Virus record (IMG/VR): IMGVR_UViG_3300030419_002087
Span: 32,001-96,000 of that record
Reading direction: 5' to 3' (one strand)
Source: a virus
DNA length: 64,000 nucleotides
Shown here: piece after piece, positions 1 to 8,084 of the stretch
How positions within the stretch are numbered: position 1 is the first letter of the stretch
Layout: the number at the start of each line of letters is the position of its first letter
Program-made: the position numbers and the translations under genes
Notes under the pieces: generated by a model
Databases searched by the model: none
What the model saw: only the letters and a program-made list of their open reading frames with translations
Told to the model about the DNA's origin: nothing

Positions 1-87
1 TAACAGTTGATTATTATGTTTCGGAGTTTATGATATGATGACTACATACAACAGCTCACATTATCAAGAAATTGTGGAGTATTTTAA

Positions 88-276
88 ATGGCATCAGAAA
101 CACTCATACGGCTCAGATCAGCACTTGATAGAATCATCGAAGTTGAGGAACTCGTCTTTGAAAATAGACAACAATCAATGCTTCATAGACACTTAAGCCA
201 TATAAAAACTGAATTACGCCGACAAATAAGAATAGAATCTGAGGAGGATTTAGCACCATTGCTTGATGCTTTATGA
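88..276 (+). CDS. hypothetical small phage protein
   Basis: 62-aa ORF, GGAG upstream, ATGA overlap with the next ORF. Confidence 0.6.
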   Translation: MASETLIRLRSALDRIIEVEELVFENRQQSMLHRHLSHIKTELRRQIRIESEEDLAPLLDAL

Positions 277-530
277 AGGCCAAAGATTTTAAACAAGGCC
301 TAATCATCAGTTATAAGAGTGATATTGATGTATGGGAAGGTTATGTTAATTTTATTAGTAAAGACTACATAACCGTTTGTTTACATGAATGGGAAACTCC
401 TCACACATTACACGGCTATTCACAATGTAACTTGTTAGTCTATCCTGATTATTATCAACATTGCAGTTCAAATGAAGCATACCACAATAGGACTATTTCC
501 ACAGCCATTAACAAAGATCGAATTGAATAA
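273..530 (+). CDS. hypothetical phage protein
   Basis: 85-aa ORF translationally coupled to the previous ORF; overlaps the next. Confidence 0.55.
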   Translation: MKAKDFKQGLIISYKSDIDVWEGYVNFISKDYITVCLHEWETPHTLHGYSQCNLLVYPDYYQHCSSNEAYHNRTISTAINKDRIE

Positions 531-1125
531 AGATCTTTGTACTTTGGCTGCGGAGATATTTGATAAGAAGATAAGGGAAGAAGTAGAAGCATTAAAGGAT
601 GATCGTTATCATGGTGAACAATTAAAACATTTTCACAATCACGAAAATGTATTTGATTTATATTCAGAATTACAGCCACTCCATGACAGTTTATTGGAGA
701 TGGCTGATTTTGTTTATTGTGATGTAATGAACCATGAATATGGTATGCGATTCACTCAAGCTTGGTATAATGAATGTCAAGTAGGAGGATGGCAGAAAGC
801 TCATTCACATTGTAATTGCACATTATCAGGAACGTTATATTTGAGAACTGATGAAAATAGTATTCTTGATTTCTTTAATGCTGGTAATACAAATGAAAAT
901 AGTCCAGCCATATTAGATGAACCAAGTAAGAAGAATAACAAGTTTGGATATATGTTCCATGCAAATAGTGTTACAGCTCCAGTAAATACAGGAGATGTTT
1001 TATTTTGGCCGTCACATATTAATCATGGTTATCCTGATAATAAAACACCAAATCGATTATCGTTAAGTTTTAATTTAATGCCGATAGCTTTAAATTCATT
1101 ATATGGGAACATAGGAGTACAATGA
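472..1125 (+). CDS. putative 2OG-Fe(II) oxygenase (TIGR02466-like)
   Basis: HSH...LSGTLY...FWPSHINHG...RLSLSFN pattern of DSBH-fold oxygenases common in cyanophages. Confidence 0.8.
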   Translation: MKHTTIGLFPQPLTKIELNKDLCTLAAEIFDKKIREEVEALKDDRYHGEQLKHFHNHENVFDLYSELQPLHDSLLEMADFVYCDVMNHEYGMRFTQAWYNECQVGGWQKAHSHCNCTLSGTLYLRTDENSILDFFNAGNTNENSPAILDEPSKKNNKFGYMFHANSVTAPVNTGDVLFWPSHINHGYPDNKTPNRLSLSFNLMPIALNSLYGNIGVQ

Positions 1126-1694
1126 GCAACATACCTACATTTATTGGTCAATATGATGATGTATTATCACAAGAAGATTGTGATATATTAATTGATGAAT
1201 TTGAAAAACATCCTAATAAGATAGAAGGATATGTATGGACTGAAGAAGGCACAAGTTATCATCCTGAGAGAAAGAAAGCCAAAGAATTACATCGTCAATC
1301 ATTAACGGATGATAATACCATTAATAAGATTGTATTAAAAGGATTAAATCCATGTATGAAATTATATGATGAAGAATTTGAACAATTACAATACAATGGT
1401 AATTGGGGAATAGATCGATGGTTTAATTTTCAAAAGTATGAGGATGAAACTGATGGATTTAAAATATGGCATTGTGAACATGGTCTAGGCAATTCCTCAT
1501 ATAGAATACTTGCATGGATGATTTATTTGAATGATGCAATATCAGGAACAGAATTTAAGATGTATCCAACAGTAGAAGCCAAACGAGGAAGATGTTTAAT
1601 ATGGCCAGCACAATTCACTCATACTCATCGATCAGAAATACCTAATCAAGGAATAAAGTATCTTGTAACAGGCTGGGTAAGTTTAATGCCCTAG
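1122..1694 (+). CDS. 2OG-Fe(II) oxygenase, prolyl-hydroxylase-like
   Basis: WHCE...AWMIYLND..GTEF...GRCLIWPAQFTHTHR...KYLVTGW. Confidence 0.85.
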   Translation: MSNIPTFIGQYDDVLSQEDCDILIDEFEKHPNKIEGYVWTEEGTSYHPERKKAKELHRQSLTDDNTINKIVLKGLNPCMKLYDEEFEQLQYNGNWGIDRWFNFQKYEDETDGFKIWHCEHGLGNSSYRILAWMIYLNDAISGTEFKMYPTVEAKRGRCLIWPAQFTHTHRSEIPNQGIKYLVTGWVSLMP

Positions 1695-2437
1695 ATTTGC
1701 CGACTAAATCTTTGATTATCATCATCTACAACAGTCTCCATAAACTGAACATTACCAGAAATAGAAATACGAGGTTTATCAGATGTATAGAATGGATAAA
1801 CCTGATGACTTAATTCACTAGGAAAGAAACATCCCCAACCATTCATATTAGGCGTCATAGGTATAACTTCATTACTAATACCTCTACCATCAGCATAAGT
1901 AAAAACAAAATTGCCGATATAATCATTAATACTGCCACGTGCTATATCTAACTTACGCTCATCATAATGTGAATAAGGTATATCAATCCATATAACAAAA
2001 GAATAAATTCCATGATGATTATGTAATGGATTAAATTCATGTTTATATTGCCAATTAACCCATAATGCAGAAAGATAAGGTTCTAAGTTATGACCAGTAT
2101 CTACATGGCCAGGAAATATCTTTTTATATGCCTCAGTAATCTCCTTATCCATTAACTCTACAGTAAAAGGATCATTCTCAGGTGAATGTAATAAATCAAT
2201 GAACATGCCATGTATAAGCATATTCTCAGGATCTTCTAATTTAAGTGAACGTGATATATTACCAGCAAGGTTATCTTTCCAATCAATATCATTATCTTCT
2301 GCTATCTTTATTCTATTAAGTAAGTAAGTATAGATGTTATCAGGTAGTTTAAACAGATGAGCTACAGTTTGTTTAGTTAATAGAATAGGTTTAATTTCAG
2401 GCCTTTTATATGTTGAATAAGGGGTGGGATTAGACAT
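1691..2437 (-). CDS. putative 2OG-Fe(II) oxygenase
   Basis: WVNWQ..HEFNPLHNH.G..SFVIW...FFPSELSHQVYPF...RISISGN. Confidence 0.8.
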   Translation of the reverse strand: MSNPTPYSTYKRPEIKPILLTKQTVAHLFKLPDNIYTYLLNRIKIAEDNDIDWKDNLAGNISRSLKLEDPENMLIHGMFIDLLHSPENDPFTVELMDKEITEAYKKIFPGHVDTGHNLEPYLSALWVNWQYKHEFNPLHNHHGIYSFVIWIDIPYSHYDERKLDIARGSINDYIGNFVFTYADGRGISNEVIPMTPNMNGWGCFFPSELSHQVYPFYTSDKPRISISGNVQFMETVVDDDNQRFSRQI

Positions 2438-2591
2438 AATAAATAATTGGTTTTAAAATAAAAGCCTTTTTTTAATTAAGCTGTGTTTTTTATGTAGTTT
2501 ATAATCTGTACGGAATATGTGTAGATTGAGTATAGATTATGCTTGGTAATTTATGTTAGAAACTTATGGCCTTATTGTCATCTTGGCGCTC

Positions 2592-2620
2592 AGCTTATCA
2601 TAAAATCTCTAAGAAGTCAA
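2592..2620 (-). promoter_or_regulatory. sigma70-type promoter facing the minus-strand oxygenase gene
   Basis: minus strand TTGACT-N17-TAAGCT with TG extended -10. Confidence 0.5.
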
Positions 2621-2718
2621 CATAAAACTCTGAAATTCTCACAAAACTTTATGGGAGGGGTCTTATGTTGCGAAGTATTGCGATGTTTATGACAGCTCTC
2701 AAAGTGTCACACAGCATA

Positions 2719-2748
2719 TTGACTTCGCAGGGGCCTGCGTGGTAGCCT
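2719..2748 (+). promoter_or_regulatory. sigma70-type promoter
   Basis: TTGACT-N18-TAGCCT with TG extension, directly after a TGACA-N10-TGTCA palindrome. Confidence 0.45.
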
Positions 2749-2790
2749 GAAGGGGTGCAGGGGAGGGCGCAGTAGATATACTTCGCACGA

Positions 2791-2825
2791 AGCATAAGGC
2801 CTGCGGGCGCAGCATAAGGCCTGCG
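2791..2825 (+). repeat. direct repeat AGCATAAGGCCTGCG x2 (20-bp period)
   Basis: exact copies at 2791-2805 and 2811-2825; CGTAACGCAGG is also repeated at ~2848 and ~2895. Confidence 0.85.
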
Positions 2826-2909
2826 TCCATCCGCAGCACATATAATGCGTAACGCAGGCAATATACTGCACGGGCCCACCAACCCGCCTGCCCACGTAAC
2901 GCAGGGGCC

Positions 2910-2939
2910 AGCCTAACATGTGTCTGCGCCTTATGTCAA
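2910..2939 (-). promoter_or_regulatory. sigma70-type promoter (minus strand)
   Basis: TTGACA-N18-TAGGCT with TG extension, back-to-back with the 2944 promoter. Confidence 0.45.
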
Positions 2940-2943
2940 GCGC

Positions 2944-2972
2944 TTGCCTTTTGGGCGCGGAGGCCTTATAAT
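2944..2972 (+). promoter_or_regulatory. sigma70-type early promoter
   Basis: TTGCCT-N17-TATAAT. Confidence 0.65.
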
Positions 2973-3290
2973 AGGTACAACTGGGAGCCCGAGAGCAGAC
3001 GCGGCCCCAGCCAACCACTGTGACACCTCGCCGACTGGGCTGGGGCTTGTGACAGTCAGGGAACTGGCCTCTCTTTTGGTGTGGGGCGGGCCGGTTCCAG
3101 AAGTGGCACAGTGGTTCGTGTTGGGGTCATATCGGACGTTGATAGACCAGTTATATAATTGTCACAAGGGCCTTCGCAGTTCGGCCGAAGTCCAGTTGCG
3201 AAACTGTCCTTTTATGTTAAGTTTTTGTTGTAAATATTCCTATAGGGTCGGGTGAGATTTTATAATGAGGGAGTACCAAACGAATTCGTG

Positions 3291-3458
3291 ATGAATCAAC
3301 TTGAAACTGTGCGTTCATTTTTCACGGACACACAATGGGATTTGATCGACTCCGCACTATCGGAATATCAAGACCACGATGCGGAGTATCTCAAAGAAGT
3401 TTTTGACGATGAGGAGATCGTATGGTCAACTCAAAAACGTCTTAACGAACTTTTCTAA
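3291..3458 (+). CDS. small early-region protein (paralog of 3736..3903)
   Basis: ATG at 3291 after TATAAT (3261); MNQLETVRSFFTDTQWDLIDSALSEYQD. Confidence 0.7.
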   Translation: MNQLETVRSFFTDTQWDLIDSALSEYQDHDAEYLKEVFDDEEIVWSTQKRLNELF

Positions 3459-3607
3459 TGAATGAAATTTCAATTCCTATGGATAACGACCAATGGAGGA
3501 CTGTCCTTGATGCACTTCTTGACAAGTACCCCGATTGTGACGTTGTAGACCTAATCATTGAAACTATTCCAGATTGCAAGGATTATTATTATAAGAGAGG
3601 GTTTTAA
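3458..3607 (+). CDS. small hypothetical protein (49 aa)
   Basis: TAATG coupling; MNEISIPMDNDQWRTVLDALLDKYP...; ends within a terminator. Confidence 0.6.
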   Translation: MNEISIPMDNDQWRTVLDALLDKYPDCDVVDLIIETIPDCKDYYYKRGF

Positions 3608-3618
3608 CCCTCTTTTTT
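3593..3618 (+). terminator. intrinsic terminator
   Basis: AGAGGGTT/AACCCTCT stem followed by a T run. Confidence 0.75.
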
Positions 3619-3735
3619 CTTGACAGGTCGGCCGAAGCCGGTTTTGAAATTGTCACAAGGAGATTTAATATTCTTTTAACAAGTTTTGTATCAAGGTGTA
3701 CTACGTGTTCCCTGAGATTCCTATACAATAAAAAT

Positions 3736-3903
3736 ATGAATAACACACCTTCAAAAATCGTGCGTGACTTCTTTACTTCTGAAGAGTGGGACGCAATCGA
3801 TTCCGCATTATGCGATTTCCAAGACTACGGTGAAAAGGAATCAGACCTTGCGAATTCCGTAGGTAACAAAATTTACAATCTTTTTAAGGAGGATCTAAAA
3901 TGA
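3736..3903 (+). CDS. small early-region protein (paralog of 3291..3458)
   Basis: MNNTPSKIVRDFFTSEEWDAIDSALCDFQD; ATGA overlap with the next gene; below the ORF-track cutoff. Confidence 0.7.
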   Translation: MNNTPSKIVRDFFTSEEWDAIDSALCDFQDYGEKESDLANSVGNKIYNLFKEDLK

Positions 3904-4082
3904 GTTTAATCAAAGAATTTTATTCTGGACTCCTTGACAAGGGATACACTGAACGGGAAATTCGGGAATCATGTAAAAAACACCAGACCCGAACCGCACC
4001 CGATTGGTGGGTTGGTAAGAATCCAAACGGAACTTACGAAGACTACCTTGAAGATCTAGGAGATTTTCTCAACGGACTCTAA
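3900..4082 (+). CDS. hypothetical protein
   Basis: 60-aa ORF with AGGAGG RBS. Confidence 0.7.
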   Translation: MSLIKEFYSGLLDKGYTEREIRESCKKHQTRTAPDWWVGKNPNGTYEDYLEDLGDFLNGL

Positions 4083-4097
4083 GGAGTCCGTTTTTTT
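4071..4097 (+). terminator. intrinsic terminator
   Basis: AACGGACTC-TAAG-GAGTCCGTT followed by a T run. Confidence 0.8.
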
Positions 4098-4235
4098 ATG
4101 TGACGGTGAGCGAAGCGGCCTTGGCCGCTAGCCGGTTGGGAAACTGGACTTTTTTACAACAAACCCGTTACAATCGATTTACGAGGCAACCCCTTACCGT
4201 TTATAATTTGGGAGTAAACAACGCACCACGTTTTT

Positions 4236-4607
4236 ATGCCACGTAAATCAACCGCATCCAAGTCAACCGCAACTGCTCCAAGAGCACCACGTAAGACAAG
4301 GACACGGAAGGTTACACCCGCTCCAGTTAAGACCGTAACAAGTCCAACACCTGAAGCGAAACCAGTTGAAATGCCCAAGGCAACAACTGTTACCACTTTC
4401 CAAGGCGGTAAGGTGATTGCAAAAGAGTTGATGCGTCCAACAGCACCATTAATCCAATTCAAGGATTATCGCCGTGACGCAATCAACCGCTGGAACATTC
4501 ATCGTTATGAGATCCAGCAACTAGGTAAAGACTTTCAAAAGTTCTTTAACTTCGTTCAACCCTTACACTCTGAGATGGTCAACCGTATTAAAACAGTTGA
4601 ACTCTAA
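4236..4607 (+). CDS. hypothetical protein with a basic K/R/T/P-rich disordered N-terminus
   Basis: 123-aa ORF after TATAAT (4202), followed by a terminator. Confidence 0.7.
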   Translation: MPRKSTASKSTATAPRAPRKTRTRKVTPAPVKTVTSPTPEAKPVEMPKATTVTTFQGGKVIAKELMRPTAPLIQFKDYRRDAINRWNIHRYEIQQLGKDFQKFFNFVQPLHSEMVNRIKTVEL

Positions 4608-4614
4608 ACCCCAT

Positions 4615-4643
4615 CACCCCGCCGCAAGGTGGGGTGTTTTTTT
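4615..4643 (+). terminator. intrinsic terminator
   Basis: CACCCCGCC-GCAA-GGTGGGGTG + T7. Confidence 0.85.
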
Positions 4644-4850
4644 ATGCTCAGTTGAGAAGGCCAGCTGGCCAGTCAAAAAACTGTCACAAGACCCCGTTTA
4701 CAGATTCCAAAAAATCGACTATACTTACTAATGTAAGGGACATGAGAGACACGGACATGGGATTCGTTTCTAGACCGTTTCCAGACATGTATACCCTCTG
4801 AACTCTGGAGTTCCTTACAACCAAAATTTCACACCAAAGGAGTTTTAAAA

Positions 4851-4979
4851 ATGTCAGTTCTACATCATGCGGAGATTCAAGAAACCTTATTAGATGAGGT
4901 TTGCGAAGAATTCCCAAATATGTCCTACGACACCCAAATCGAAATCGCAATGCAAAGATTTGAGGATTTATGTCAGTAA
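4851..4979 (+). CDS. small acidic cyanophage-type protein (42 aa)
   Basis: AGGAG RBS; MSVLHHAEIQETLLDEVCEEFP...; TAATG coupling to the next gene. Confidence 0.65.
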   Translation: MSVLHHAEIQETLLDEVCEEFPNMSYDTQIEIAMQRFEDLCQ

Positions 4980-5158
4980 TGAGTTTTTTCAACCACGTTC
5001 AACTTCATAAGTACGACCTGACAAACGCAGGTATCGACCAAGCATGCTACGATGAATTGGTCGCCTCTGGAAACAATTCTACAGAGGATCAACTTTGGAT
5101 TCTTGCTGCTGACATGCGTGAGAGATTCAAAGACTATATGCGACCCTTATTCGCATAG
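4979..5158 (+). CDS. hypothetical protein
   Basis: start taken at the coupled ATG 4979 (MSFFNHVQLHKYDL). Confidence 0.65.
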   Translation: MSFFNHVQLHKYDLTNAGIDQACYDELVASGNNSTEDQLWILAADMRERFKDYMRPLFA

Positions 5159-5173
5159 GTAACGAATTATTAC

Positions 5174-5200
5174 AGAACCCTTAACAAGGGTTCTTTTTTT
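5174..5200 (+). terminator. intrinsic terminator
   Basis: AGAACCCTT-AAC-AAGGGTTCT followed by a T run. Confidence 0.8.
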
Positions 5201-5258
5201 GATATTATTAAGGAGTGGGAGAGAAACCCACCAATTCACACCCCGATTTTTTTCCAAC

Positions 5259-5600
5259 ATGCGTAAAATTGAAAAACAAATGAACTTCGCAATTTCCAAC
5301 AAAGGTGATTGGTCTAAGGACAATACCAGAGTTGAATTCAACGATTCTACAAACTGTTCAGACGTTTTTCTACATGGTCACAACATCGCAACTTTTGACC
5401 ACGGAACACAGTCTGTAAGATTGAGTTCATGCGGATGGGAAACCGTCACAACCAAATCAAGATTAAATGCAATCTTGGATGAGGTCGCAACAGGTGCAGG
5501 GATTTTCCAAAAACAGTTTGAGTGGTTTTTGAATTCTGGAGGTCGTACAGTTGATTTCTTTGACGGGATGATCTTAACTGATTCAGGTGAGGTCATCTGA
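5259..5600 (+). CDS. conserved cyanophage-type hypothetical protein
   Basis: MRKIEKQMNFAI...LHGHNIA...GWETVTTKSRLNAIL; likely start 5259. Confidence 0.7.
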   Translation: MRKIEKQMNFAISNKGDWSKDNTRVEFNDSTNCSDVFLHGHNIATFDHGTQSVRLSSCGWETVTTKSRLNAILDEVATGAGIFQKQFEWFLNSGGRTVDFFDGMILTDSGEVI

Positions 5601-5602
5601 AA

Positions 5603-5749
5603 ATGTACGAAGGAATCACACCTTGGCAAATACCCGTCTATTCTGACGGGTATCGCCCCGCCGACGATGACGAATTAATGAACGTTTTTTATGACGACAT
5701 TAAGGAGGACATCGACCCCGAAACCCAAAAACTTTTAAACAACTTTTAA
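5603..5749 (+). CDS. small acidic hypothetical protein (48 aa)
   Basis: MYEGITPWQIPVYSDGYRPADDDELM...; tightly packed in the operon. Confidence 0.55.
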   Translation: MYEGITPWQIPVYSDGYRPADDDELMNVFYDDIKEDIDPETQKLLNNF

Positions 5750-5899
5750 ATGCCTTCATTTGCTAACACCACGATCCGCTACTGGATGCCCCACGATCAA
5801 AAATGCCGCTACATCTCATTTTCAACTTATCGCAAGGCATTGGAAATGCAAAAATGGTATAGCGAGATCGCCGGGTTTAAAACAGAAATCGTCGTATGA
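5750..5899 (+). CDS. small hypothetical protein (49 aa)
   Basis: MPSFANTTIRYWMPHDQKCRYISF...; starts right after the previous stop and ends just before a terminator. Confidence 0.6.
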   Translation: MPSFANTTIRYWMPHDQKCRYISFSTYRKALEMQKWYSEIAGFKTEIVV

Positions 5900-5904
5900 C
5901 ACTC

Positions 5905-5935
5905 AAGGAACCGGCCAGCAGTCGGTTCCTTTTTT
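5905..5935 (+). terminator. intrinsic terminator
   Basis: AAGGAACCGGC/GTCGGTTCCTT stem followed by a T run. Confidence 0.8.
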
Positions 5936-5987
5936 CTTGCCATCGCCTATAATGACTATAGGACACACACCCCGCTTCGTCTTCATT

Positions 5988-6233
5988 ATGACTCTTTCAG
6001 AATTAGGATCTTGCTCAAAGTTAGATCTTCTCATCGCCGAAACGCAGGGCAAATGCTGCGTCACCAGATTGAAAACCAGAAAACCCCGTAAGGGTGAACT
6101 GGTTATGAGCATGACCAAAGGGAGCAGGACTAACACGAATCGCAGGGGGCAGGCATACTCCGCCCACGCACTGCGACCCGAAACCAACGTGATCTCCGCC
6201 CCTGCCTCATCGTATTTCAAGACCAGCGGATAA
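5988..6233 (+). CDS. basic hypothetical protein
   Basis: ATG at 5988 after TATAAT (5948); the upstream part of the track ORF crosses a terminator. Confidence 0.6.
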   Translation: MTLSELGSCSKLDLLIAETQGKCCVTRLKTRKPRKGELVMSMTKGSRTNTNRRGQAYSAHALRPETNVISAPASSYFKTSG

Positions 6234-6241
6234 TCACACCT

Positions 6242-6278
6242 TGCCCCTGAGCGCTTCGTGTTCAGGGGCAGTTATTTT
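6242..6278 (+). terminator. strong hairpin / probable terminator
   Basis: TGCCCCTGAGCGC/GTGTTCAGGGGCA stem with a weak T tail. Confidence 0.55.
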
Positions 6279-6420
6279 GGGGGTTTATTAAAAATTGTAA
6301 CTTCCCTAACCTACAAAAGTCTGCTTTCGCCATAAAATACAAAACGCATAAGTGTTTTCCGTGGCATACAAAAAATTTTGGTGGCCTAGAAATTTGCCAC
6401 AGGATGTGTTATAATTAGAA

Positions 6421-6609
6421 GTGAAGCCACTCAAAGAATCTATGAGCGACTTAAGGTTCCATGTTTATGGGAGGAAGAACAAGGTTAAAGCAATCAATAT
6501 ATCGCATGAAGAACTGGAAGATCTCATAAAAACACGGAAATTTGATCCGTGTATAGATGAAGTAGTTCCAGTACTTGATGAATACCATAATGAAGATGCG
6601 TCTTATTGA
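6421..6609 (+). CDS. hypothetical protein
   Basis: ORF after TGTTATAAT (~6407); the real start may be ATG 6442. Confidence 0.6.
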   Translation: MKPLKESMSDLRFHVYGRKNKVKAINISHEELEDLIKTRKFDPCIDEVVPVLDEYHNEDASY

Positions 6610-6634
6610 CAAAGCCTAAATAAAATGGTATGAT
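6606..6634 (+). promoter_or_regulatory. sigma70-type promoter with embedded late-like CTAAATA
   Basis: TTGACA-N17-TATGAT with TG extension; CTAAATA at 6616-6622. Confidence 0.65.
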
Positions 6635-6672
6635 TTGATCAACATTACAAACTCACTGAATATTTTTCACTA

Positions 6673-7425
6673 ATGGCAAAAGGATTTAAAGTCCAAGCGG
6701 CGGCTCCCTCCGTACCGAAGGACGACTTCGATTTGGATAGATGTCGAAGCGAAATAAAAGGGAAGAAGATAGTTTTCTGTTTGCCTGGGAGAGGATGCAG
6801 TTATACATTTTTAAAAAACTTTGTACAACTGTGTTTTGATATCGTACAGGCCGGTGGAAGCATACAGATATCACAAGATTATTCATCTATGGTAAACTTT
6901 GCAAGATGCAAAGTACTAGGTGCAAATGTACTCAGAGGAAAGAATCAAATACCTTGGGACGGGAAATTAGAATATGATTATCAGTTATGGATAGACAATG
7001 ATATAGTTTTCAATAGTGAAAGTTTCTATCGTTTATTCCAGTTAGCTTTAGAGAAAGAAATCGCAGCAGGGTGGTATGCCACTGAAGATGGACAGACCAC
7101 TTCCATTGCACACTGGCTCGAAGAAGAAGACTTCAAGAAGAATAAAGGGGTCATGAACCACGAGACTGTGGAGACAATGAGTAAGAGACGTAAACCATTC
7201 ACATGTGATTACACAGGTTTCGGATGGGTTCTTATCAAGAAGGGAGTATTCGAGAATCTTCCATATCCTTGGTTTGCACCACAAATGCAAGTCTTCGAGA
7301 GTGGTGATGTACAGGACATGTGTGGTGAGGATGTCAGCTTCTGCTTAGATGCAAAGAAGGAAGGTTATGAGATATGGTGTGATCCGAGAATCCGTGTAGG
7401 CCATGAAAAGATGCGAATCCTTTGA
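6673..7425 (+). CDS. GT-A fold (family 2-like) glycosyltransferase
   Basis: YDYQLWIDND (DxD), TGFGWVLIKKGVFE, GEDVSFC, DPRIRVGH. Confidence 0.8.
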   Translation: MAKGFKVQAAAPSVPKDDFDLDRCRSEIKGKKIVFCLPGRGCSYTFLKNFVQLCFDIVQAGGSIQISQDYSSMVNFARCKVLGANVLRGKNQIPWDGKLEYDYQLWIDNDIVFNSESFYRLFQLALEKEIAAGWYATEDGQTTSIAHWLEEEDFKKNKGVMNHETVETMSKRRKPFTCDYTGFGWVLIKKGVFENLPYPWFAPQMQVFESGDVQDMCGEDVSFCLDAKKEGYEIWCDPRIRVGHEKMRIL

Positions 7426-7564
7426 CATTTATGTTGATGATCAGCTCGTTTTCTCGACTGAAGACGAGCTTGAAGCACTTGATAAAATACAAGACCTTTC
7501 CGAAGAATACTTTGAGAAAGGTCATCCAGACCCCTCTACAGTTCAATTAGTACGTTATGGCTAA
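7403..7564 (+). CDS. small acidic hypothetical protein (53 aa)
   Basis: MKRCESFDIYVDDQLVF...GHPDPSTVQLVRYG; fills the gap between neighbours. Confidence 0.55.
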   Translation: MKRCESFDIYVDDQLVFSTEDELEALDKIQDLSEEYFEKGHPDPSTVQLVRYG

Positions 7565-7703
7565 AATTAAATCGTCCCTTACCGGCGGCAACTCGATTGA
7601 GACGATCCCCAAAAAATCTCGGCAAGGAACGGGAAAACACTCGAAGTTCTCGGCAACCTCTCGAAATGCAAGGAAAAAAAGATATCGCGGCCAGGGAAAA
7701 TAA
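7557..7703 (+). CDS. small highly basic cyanophage protein (48 aa)
   Basis: MAKIKSSLTGGNSIETIPKKSRQGTGKHSKFSATSRNARKKRYRGQGK. Confidence 0.7.
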   Translation: MAKIKSSLTGGNSIETIPKKSRQGTGKHSKFSATSRNARKKRYRGQGK

Positions 7704-7744
7704 TAAAAACGTAAATAAGCTGTTTAGTTTGAAAGTACACTAAG

Positions 7745-8035
7745 ATGAGCTACAACGTTACCCTTATTACCGAAGAAGGTGAAGTTCAAATAACTTGTGA
7801 TGATGACACTCCAATTTTGGATGCTGCTGAAGATCAAGGTGTTGATGCTCCCTATTCATGTCGTGCAGGTGCATGTTCCACATGTGCAGGTAAACTACTA
7901 GAAGGTACAGTCGATCAAGAAGATCAAAGTTTCCTTGATGATGATCAGATTGAAGAAGGTTATATCCTTACATGTGTTGCAAAACCCACTTCCGACTGTA
8001 TTGTTGAGTTGAATCAAGAAGAAAAACTATATTAA
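7745..8035 (+). CDS. petF: plant-type [2Fe-2S] ferredoxin (auxiliary metabolic gene)
   Basis: [12 protein letters not shown]...LTC motif, 96 aa, acidic. Confidence 0.97.
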   Translation: MSYNVTLITEEGEVQITCDDDTPILDAAEDQGVDAPYSCRAGACSTCAGKLLEGTVDQEDQSFLDDDQIEEGYILTCVAKPTSDCIVELNQEEKLY

Positions 8036-8049
8036 TAGTTGAGTTTGTG

Positions 8050-8071
8050 AGGGAGTCCTAGACTCCCTTTT
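8050..8071 (+). terminator. intrinsic terminator
   Basis: AGGGAGTC-CTA-GACTCCCT followed by Ts. Confidence 0.65.
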
Positions 8072-8084
8072 ATAATTTTTAACC

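Larger units (their letters stand above)
2690..4688. repeat. dispersed ~22-bp quasi-palindromic motif (CCRGTT-N4-AANTGTCACA), about 10 copies
   Basis: copies at 2690, 3019(-), 3048(-), 3089, 3145, 3190, 3636, 4099(-), 4130, 4667; all intergenic. Confidence 0.75.

Noticed and set aside
2649-3255. ORFs 2649..2882(-), 2707..3018(-) and 2920..3255(+)
   Set aside because: They arise from stop-poor GC-rich repeat DNA, have no RBS, show atypical composition and cross promoter-like elements.
2690-4688. Repeated 22-bp motif as a CRISPR array
   Set aside because: Copies are degenerate, in both orientations, irregularly spaced and separated by genes; no cas genes are present.
5760-5987. N-terminal part of the track ORF 5760..6233
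   Set aside because: It overlaps a better coupled ORF (5750..5899) and crosses a terminator; ATG 5988 is preferred.
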